Shown here in pieces: positions 56,778-64,000 of a stretch of 64,000 nucleotides of DNA. This DNA comes from Cyanophora paradoxa CCMP329. Lineage: Eukaryota > Plantae > Glaucophyta. Location: the NCBI GenBank assembly GCA_004431415.1, contig QPMI01000615.1:1-64000 (forward strand). The letters are read 5' to 3'. Every line of letters starts with the position of its first letter. Position 1 is the first letter of the stretch. Made by a program: the position numbers and the translations under genes. The notes below the pieces were generated by a model. That model worked only from the letters and a program-made list of their open reading frames with translations. It ran no database searches and had not been told where the DNA came from.

Positions 56778-59763
56778 CAATCAATAAGCTATAGGGTCAC
56801 CGGGTAAAGGGTGTGCCTCCAGGCACTGCGGCAATTGCAACGCCCGCACCTCTGATCTCTGATCTTAAGCCAAGTAGAACACGAGTAGCAAGTAGTAAGA
56901 TCTTAATATAAGCCAGTTGACGAAAGGCGAAGGACCCGAAGCTTAAGGCCCAAGGCACAATCGACAGTGAACCAGTCAGACAAGGGTAGTGGAACCGTGA
57001 ACTGTGCCATGGCGTTGCAATTGCCCGGCCTCGCGGTCGCTGACTGCGGACCCTATATATAGCTAGCTAGTCAGATTGCAAGCATAACCCCGGAAAATTG
57101 CGCGAAGGCCCGCGAGCGAGTAAGCCGGCGCAGTGGGGCTTCCCTAACGCGGGTGCCTGTTAGCACTGCACGTGGCCGGTCCCAAAACTCGCGGCGCCGA
57201 CGCCCTACGACCAGCACGGCCCGAACGCGCAAAGTAGGTCAGCCGGGCGGGCAACGGCAGCCGCAGCGACACCACAGACACCTAGAAGAGCAGTCGCGCC
57301 CCTGATGGCGCCGCGACTCGCGCCAGCTCCCGCGGTAACGTGTTTAAACGGGCCGATCCCCGCCGCCTTCTCCTGCCGCTCCGAGCGCGCCCGAGAGACG
57401 CCACACCACATCTAGAGCCAACATACGCTCATCTAAGCTCCCGTCCTCGCTCCGCCCGCCTTCCCGCCAACGCCTGCCACCCGCGCATGCGCGGCTCGCC
57501 TGAGCTCACGTCTACAGCGCACGACGCACAACTCGACTCGACTCCGGCAGTCGGACGCGCGGCTCCGCCAACGCACCCGGCTCCGCTGCCGCCGATCATG
57601 CGGGACCCTCCCCGCGCCCGTCGCTCACGCCCTCCGCCCGCGCCCCTCCTCCACGAACTTTGACGCCGGCCCCGTACTGCCACAGAGCATGCCGACGCCA
57701 GCGGCCCGTGCGCGAGGCCGCCCGCGCCAGCACGACACTCAAGAACCACGGGGCCGCATCCCCCGCTCACTTGGCTCTCCGTGACGCGTGCGCGACGCTC
57801 GCAGGCCTCTGGCGGGACGCGGAGCAAACGCCCCAAGACGCGGCGGTGCGCCCCGCTCCCCCGCCCCGCTGCGACGCCGCCTCTGCTGGCGCCGCTGGCG
57901 CCGGCATGCAAGCCGACGACCCCCACGCATACCCGGGCGCATGAGCACTCAAACGCTCGCCCAGCTACCACCGCGGGGTCTGAGCCAGACGGCGCTCGCC
58001 TGCCTCAGGGCCCGGCCTCGCCGGGACCCGCCCTCGTGGGGTCCGAGCCGGATGACGCTCGCCCACTATCGGACCCGGAATCCCCGGGCTCCGTCGAAGT
58101 CTTCCCAGTCGTCCCCGGCGGTCGCTGCCAGGCCCCGCGCCGCCCGCCCCTCATGCCCGCCGGTCCCGAGTCCCTCTCCCACGAGACGACTGGTCCCCTT
58201 GACACCCCCCTCGATGCAAGCCTCCTATACGGTCGGCGAGCTTGAGGGGCGCCTGCGATAGCGATATACACACGAATAAGTCGGCCCCCGTCTGCTCTGG
58301 GACGCCCTTGGCCCCCTAGGGGAGCAATTCGAAAGCTTTTAACTGCACGAGGGAGCTGGGCACCCTCCTCGCGCTCGAGCTCGAACTTACATGCCAGTGC
58401 ACAGGCCTGAAGCATCCATTATGCAAATTTCTAAACAAGGAAACCAGGACAGCTGGCCCATAAATATATACTCCATGCGCGCAAGCGCATAGCTAGGCCC
58501 TTGCAATTGAGCTCATGATCATGATCATATGCATATGCATATGTAGAAGCTGTATACCAACGAGGAGGTCGCCAAGATCGCAGCCGCAGCCAAGCTAAAT
58601 TAAGTCCCGCCAGCGCGCGGCCGAGCGCTTCGGGCCCGACGGGCGCAAGAAGAACAAGGGTGGCGCCGCCGCCCCCGCCGCCCCGGCCGCCCCCGCGCCC
58701 CACCCCGCCGCCGCCGCTGCCGCGGCAGCCGCCGCCGCCGCCCCCGCGCCGATCGCCGCCCCGCGCCCGCCCCGGGCCCGGCCCCCGCCCCCGGCCCCGC
58801 CCCGGCCAACATCACGCTCGCCAACTCCCAGGCCACCCAGAAGCTCCTCACCGAGCTCACGGCGGCCATCGGCGGCCCCGCCGCCGTAGAGGCCTACCTC
58901 GCCGGCCGCCGCGCCGCGGCGGCGGACACTGTGACAACGCAGCGGCGTAGATTCTCTAGGACCCCCCTAGAGCTGGGGCCCCAGCCTGGCAGGCCACCCC
59001 CTTTCTTTCTTTCTTTCCTTTAGTCATTTCCTCTTACCTGAGCGGCCTCAAGGCCTTGCTCCCCTCACGGGCGAGACACACAGATGTCATGTATGCTTTG
59101 TGAAGCAAATCCAGGCGCGCGCCCACGACCCCCGATCAGGCCACCCTCGCCACCCGCCCCGCACCTTAGCCCCGGCTCTGCTGAGCCCCCACCTAGCCAG
59201 TGCTCAGCGGCTCACCCCTCTCTTACGTACCCAGCCCCATCCCGGCCCCCCGGGACACCCGCCCCGCGCCCCTCACGCCCAAAGATAGGGGGATGTGCAA
59301 CCGCCCTAGGCCTGTACTACCCCCCACCCCACCCCACCCCCCCACCCCCCCTACCGACTACGTACCGCCAACGCGAGCCCAAGAAGGACACCCCGCCCAA
59401 GCTCTCCCCCAAGGCCACACTGAACGCTTAGAGCTAGCGTCGAAGCGCCTATCCCTGTGTACCGGCCACAGGTCATGAGCTGACCCAGAGTTCGGCCCAT
59501 TCCGAACCGGTAGTGCATACGTTGAAGTCAGTGGTCTGAGAATACAACAAACGCCCAAGAATTGGGCTATCCTGAAAAAAAAGCTAGCTAGTCAGAACAG
59601 CCAGCCAGATACCAGTGTCACTTCGAAATACACGCGAAAGCCAGCAAAATTCGCTGATCAGACGTGCGCCAAAGCCAGCAAAATACACGCCAAAGCCGTC
59701 GAATTCAGTCACGCTGATCAAACGTGCGTTCAGCGTAGACAGAGCTAGCTAGCCGTGTACTAC

Positions 59764-60030
59764 GCCTGTCTGGGCTACCCATAGGAGGGTGCGGCCCTCG
59801 CCGTTGCCGGCCCGGCCGTTCCCCCCCGAGGCCCGTAAGGGGAGTAACGCTCCACCCCCGCACGGCCTAGGCCGCGCGCGTGTCGTGCGCAGCATCGCGT
59901 CGTCGTTCTTGGGCGGTGGGAGTTCCTGCAGGCCCGGCGGGGCCGGGACCCGTCGGTAGCCTGCGGGGCCGAGGCGGCGCACGCGCGGAGGGGGGTCAGA
60001 TCGGAATTGATCGGCAATCGAAATCGAAGG
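59764..60030 (-). mobile_element. Divergent family-B-related repeat
   Basis: Keeps CCCGTAAGGGGAGTAA, GCATCGCGTC and GGGGTCAGATC; its first part is also found inverted at ~6796-6852. Confidence 0.55.
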
Positions 60031-61274
60031 CGCGCACTCGGGGAAAGCGCGAAAGCGCGATCCCTCCCTGGTCGATTCTGCGGGGCGGCGGAAGCGCGCA
60101 GAGGGGGTTCGGACAGCGCACGCGAGATCGGAGGTGGGGCGGGCACCCAGGGGTTCCAATCCACGCTCCGCGAGGGTAGATTGGCGGGCCTCCCAGTGCG
60201 AGTGCCTGCACGCGCGGGGTTGCGAACGCGGGCATTCCAACGCGGGCGGCGCGCTGGGACGGCGCGGACCTGGGCGCGCTCGGCCTCGTCAGGGAGAAAG
60301 CCTGCAGCGTTGCGCGCGCGCGCGGCGTCAAACGCGCCGCCCTCGGGGGCGACGAGGGCGACGCCGAGCTCGCGACGAGGGCGACGCCGAGCTCGACGCG
60401 CGCGCGGAGGCGCACCTGGGAAGGCGCCACGAAAGTGGCGCGCTCCATGGAGCACCGGCAGGAATGCGATCCGCTGCGTAAGCAACGGAAAGGTCAAGGA
60501 ACAAAACGCTGCGCGGCGCGCGGAGCGCTCACAAGGGATCGTGCACAGGCAGCGCGCTGGCCCAGCCTGGCAGTACTAGTGGCATAATTAAATGAAGAAA
60601 GCGGAATGCTGATCATCATACGTTACTAAGTTAAAAGTTATGCGGCCGCGGGCGTCTAGCCCCCGGGCCCGTTACCATCGATATCGGTTTTCGACCACTA
60701 GTACTGCGGGCGCGGGCTTCAGTGATCAATTCAAGATCAAGGCTTCCCGCGGCCGGCGCGCGATCGATATCGGCAAGACAGCTACGTAGACACGAGCTCG
60801 AGTGCTAGAGAATCGGCGCGCATAGATCCTTCTTGCTAGCGGATCCCCGCGCGCGCTGCGCGCCCGCCGGCGCGCGCCAAGGTCCCGCGCGCGCGCCGCG
60901 GCGCCGGCGCCCGCTATAGCTAGCCTAGTAGCTAATTATATAAGGCCCCGCTTGCGAGGGGGGGGGCAGCGATTCCGTCATGCAGTCCGCGGTGCTAGCG
61001 CTCTGGTCGCGTTATGCATGCGCGGTACAGCGCATGCGCAACGATTGCGCTGTGTACCGCTTCGGGTCCTCCGCGCTGCCGCCGCCGCGCCAGCGCCGGT
61101 TTCAATTTGGGGCTGCCCAAAACCGGGGGAGGGGGGGGGGGGGGGGGGGGGGACAGTGATTCCGTCCTGTGCAGCGCAGACAGCGCCGAGTCGCTCGCCG
61201 CGGTGCGCAGCAGTTTGTCTATACGCGGCGCACCTATTCCGGCGGCTGCGGTAAGCGCGCGGGAAACAGCAGCG

Positions 61275-61540
61275 ATGCGCGGCGTGCATATCCCAATCTC
61301 AGCTGCGGAGCTACGGGAGTACGTGGAACAGCAACTCACAGTCGAAGAGATTCGACGCCGGCTCTTCCGGGAGAAGGGCATTGAGATCAAAAGGCGCGCG
61401 CTCCAGTACAAGCTCGCGGCGGCCAGGCTCTCTACGAAATACTCGCTTCATTCCGACTATGTGGACGAGCTCGTTCAGCAGGCGGCGGTCGTGGGCGGCG
61501 AGGGTTTCGGGTACGACGCGATCAGAGGCGTGCTGGACTC
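61275..61540 (+). pseudogene. N-terminal HTH fragment of an IS3EU-like / integrase-core transposase
   Basis: EYVEQQLTVEEIRRRLFREKGIEIKRRALQYKLAAARL...VDELVQQ...GEGFGYDAIRGVL resembles the Clr5-like HTH plus IS3-type GYR motif; no DDE domain follows. Confidence 0.55.
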
Positions 61541-62379
61541 CTTTCTACTTTCTACAATTAACTTTCTAGCAGAATGCGCTCTTGTGTCCCTGATAAGGGG
61601 GCTAGGAGGCGAGCTGGTCAACTGAAAAATTACGATTACGATTCAATGATTACGGGGCCGGGGCTAGGCAGGGGGCTGGTCACGGGTCAACTGGGCTAGT
61701 GGCTAGGCCGACTCGGCGAGAGGGGGGAATATTAGAAAATTACAATTACGGTTAGGGGGCCACCGGGCTACAATTAGAGAGAGAGAGAGAGAGATGAAGC
61801 AAAAGACACGCCCGTGGACCGGGGTGACAGGATATATAGCAGCGCCGCAGAGGCCCCTAAAGGATTAGAGGGCCGCTGGGCTAGGCAGGGAGCAACGATA
61901 GACACATTACGCACCGCGCAGCAGAGCCGTCGCGGTCCGCCTGGAAGCGGCACCAGGGGCACCCGGGGCGTAATTCTTAGCTTCTTAGCTTGCTTGGCCC
62001 CAGTGTCTCCCTGGGCTTAGGCTTAGGAGGCTTAGGCTAATCGTAATTCTTATAAAAAAAATTAATTATAAGCTAAGTCACTGCGTCGTTTTTGGACCCT
62101 GCTTAAGCTTTCCATGTCTAGCTGATCGCAATAGTAGTTTCTTAGCTCCCTTGATGGCCGTAATCGTAATTCCTGGTCCTTGAAGCTTATATTAGCTATG
62201 TATATATAGCTATGGGTGATCGTAATCGGCACGGCATAACGTTAGCTTCTCAGCTCCCTCAGGGCCTGCCCTGGGCTTGGCCTTCGTAAATCGTAATTCT
62301 TATGGGTTGGTCTTAGCTCTCCTGGGGGCAAGATGCTGTAGTCATTTCAATGATAACCGCACTTCGCTGGCTATCTGCT

Positions 62380-62517
62380 GGGGGTCGGGCTGCAGCGGCG
62401 GTGATACCTGCGAGGCCGGCTCCACCTACTCCCGTCTGATCCTTCGTGTGCCATACACCCCTTGACGACCATGTGCACTTGGGAGGGAGGTATCACCGCC
62501 GCTGCAGCCCGACCCCC
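62380..62517. repeat. 138-bp element with perfect 30-bp inverted repeats
   Basis: GGGGGTCGGGCTGCAGCGGCGGTGATACCT (62380-62409) and its reverse complement (62488-62517). Confidence 0.85.
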
Positions 62518-62880
62518 TAGCCACTTGACCAGAGCTCGCCTCCTAGCCCCCGCCCCCAAAGCGAGGGGGCCAGCAGCCGCCTAGCCCCGCCCGATCGTAA
62601 TCGAAATCGTAATCAGGCCAGGGCTCCCCCCGCCTATAGCCCATCGCAATCGTAATCGTACTAATCGCACAGACCTCTCGCAGGAGCATCTTCATCCGCT
62701 ACGGCACGGGTGTGGACGCGAAGCGCCTGCTCAGCTCGTAGCTAGGCTCGGCTCCCATCCCCTTTTTTCCATCAGGGCACCAGTCCCTGCGGGTTACGCT
62801 CTCACCCCGAACAGCACGGGTATAGTTAAAGCGTTGACGGTCTAGGAGTGGTCCCGCGCGCCCGTAGCTTAGAAAGAGCA
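62516..62880 (+). mobile_element. Fanzor last intron, last exon and right end, copy A8 (subtype II)
   Basis: Near-identical to 24930-25294. Confidence 0.88.
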
Positions 62881-62894
62881 CCCCCTTGTGCACG

Positions 62895-64000
62895 TCACAT
62901 CGTCATTGCAACAAAAACATGGTTGCCATGCGTGCAGAAATCCGCACTAAAAGCGAATGGCTCCAGCAGCGCGAGAAGACGAACGTGGCGGAGGCGACGA
63001 CATCTGCACCTGGGACGTACGGATCGGCTGCACCTGAATCGCAGCGATGTGAGGAATGCCGAATTCAATTCAGAACGGCGGCAAAAGAATACCGAGCTGT
63101 AGAGCGGCTGCTGCACGGGTATAGGGATGCCGTTGCCATACGGGTTGTTTGAATTGAAGCTCGCGGAGTGGTAAATGGACGGCTGGCCTCCATATGTGGG
63201 AGTGGGATCGTATACGCCACTGTGGAAGAGGGGGGAGGAGGAGGGAGGGGGGGGGCGGGGAATCCCGGGTCAGGACACCCCACAGCGATAAACACATGCA
63301 CAAGATCAACATACCTTCCAATAGGTTTCGTGACCGATGGAGAACCAGCGTATCCACCAGGATTCGATGGCCGTGATGGCGTGAATCCCGAGTTGTAAAT
63401 GACGGGGTCCTTGTACTGAGCGCCACTGTAGCCATACGTGTCACGTCCCTGCGATCTTCCTCGTGAATACTTCGAAGACCGAAAGCAACTGAGAAAATTT
63501 TCAACATACAGTGCGGAGTGCTTCCTCGAACGTGATCTGCCTGAAACGGGCAGCACAGACATCCCGCTGCATGGCATCGACATTTGCTCGCAGAGCCTGC
63601 ATATCGGACACCGCGTCAGGTGAGCGTTCAGGGAGCACGCAAGCGTGAGAGAGAACAACAAAGGCCCCACCTCCAGCTCAACGAACAATGCCCGTGTTGA
63701 TGGCGCCCCGCTCTGATAGATGGCAGCGCTAGAGGCTGTGAAACTCTGGCCATGCTTGCTCTTCAAAGTCGCAGGAGGTGCAAGATTGAGGGGAGTTCCT
63801 GGGCGAAGCTTCTGGATCTTGTGCTGCTCAATAATCTCCAAGCCTTTCCAGCTGTTTGTGAGCGATAGCCTAAAATTCCAAAGAAAACAGAACACACCCT
63901 CGCATTTCCGGTCGTCCAAGTACGTTTCCGGCATCAGTGTCTTTCCTTCCAAGGTGACAACCGCAGCATATGTGCACGAGTCACTGGGCCCGAAGTCGGT
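62895..64000 (-). CDS. 3' part of an unidentified multi-exon gene (stop uncertain)
   Basis: 295-aa ORF 63065-63952 with in-frame intron-like stretches, in undecayed sequence. Confidence 0.4.

Noticed and set aside
57200-59480. Pro/Arg-rich ORFs, possibly retroelement gag fragments
   Set aside because: No diagnostic motif; such ORFs are expected in very GC-rich DNA

Overview
GC-rich eukaryotic nuclear DNA with many short spliceosomal introns. It is most likely a glaucophyte (Cyanophora-like) alga, inferred from intron-containing murD and pcyA with Phe-containing N-terminal transit peptides. Compact gene islands (PFDN4, CSN8, two copies of histone H4, KRR1, TFIIIC90-like, an RS-rich protein, PAT1, murD, RFC4, SGF29-like, pcyA, LUC7, an Unkempt-like CCCH gene) alternate with scrambled repeat spacers. 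Main observations: (1) an intron-containing Fanzor2/IS607-TnpB-like RNA-guided nuclease remnant, plus 8-9 copies of its structured right end (putative omegaRNA). All end sharply at AAAGAGCA with a different downstream 'guide', many point convergently into host 3' ends, and one guide matches a scarred site in the window. (2) A pervasive mutational signature in spacers in which a 2-3 nt word s becomes s-revcomp(s)-s. (3) A near-identical copy of the pcyA transit-peptide exons on an unrelated gene. (4) A 6.4-kb (TCT)n-tailed LINE whose empty site is also in the window. (5) Many short local captures of neighbouring gene DNA. All calls come from manual reading. Exon boundaries and some gene ends are approximate.
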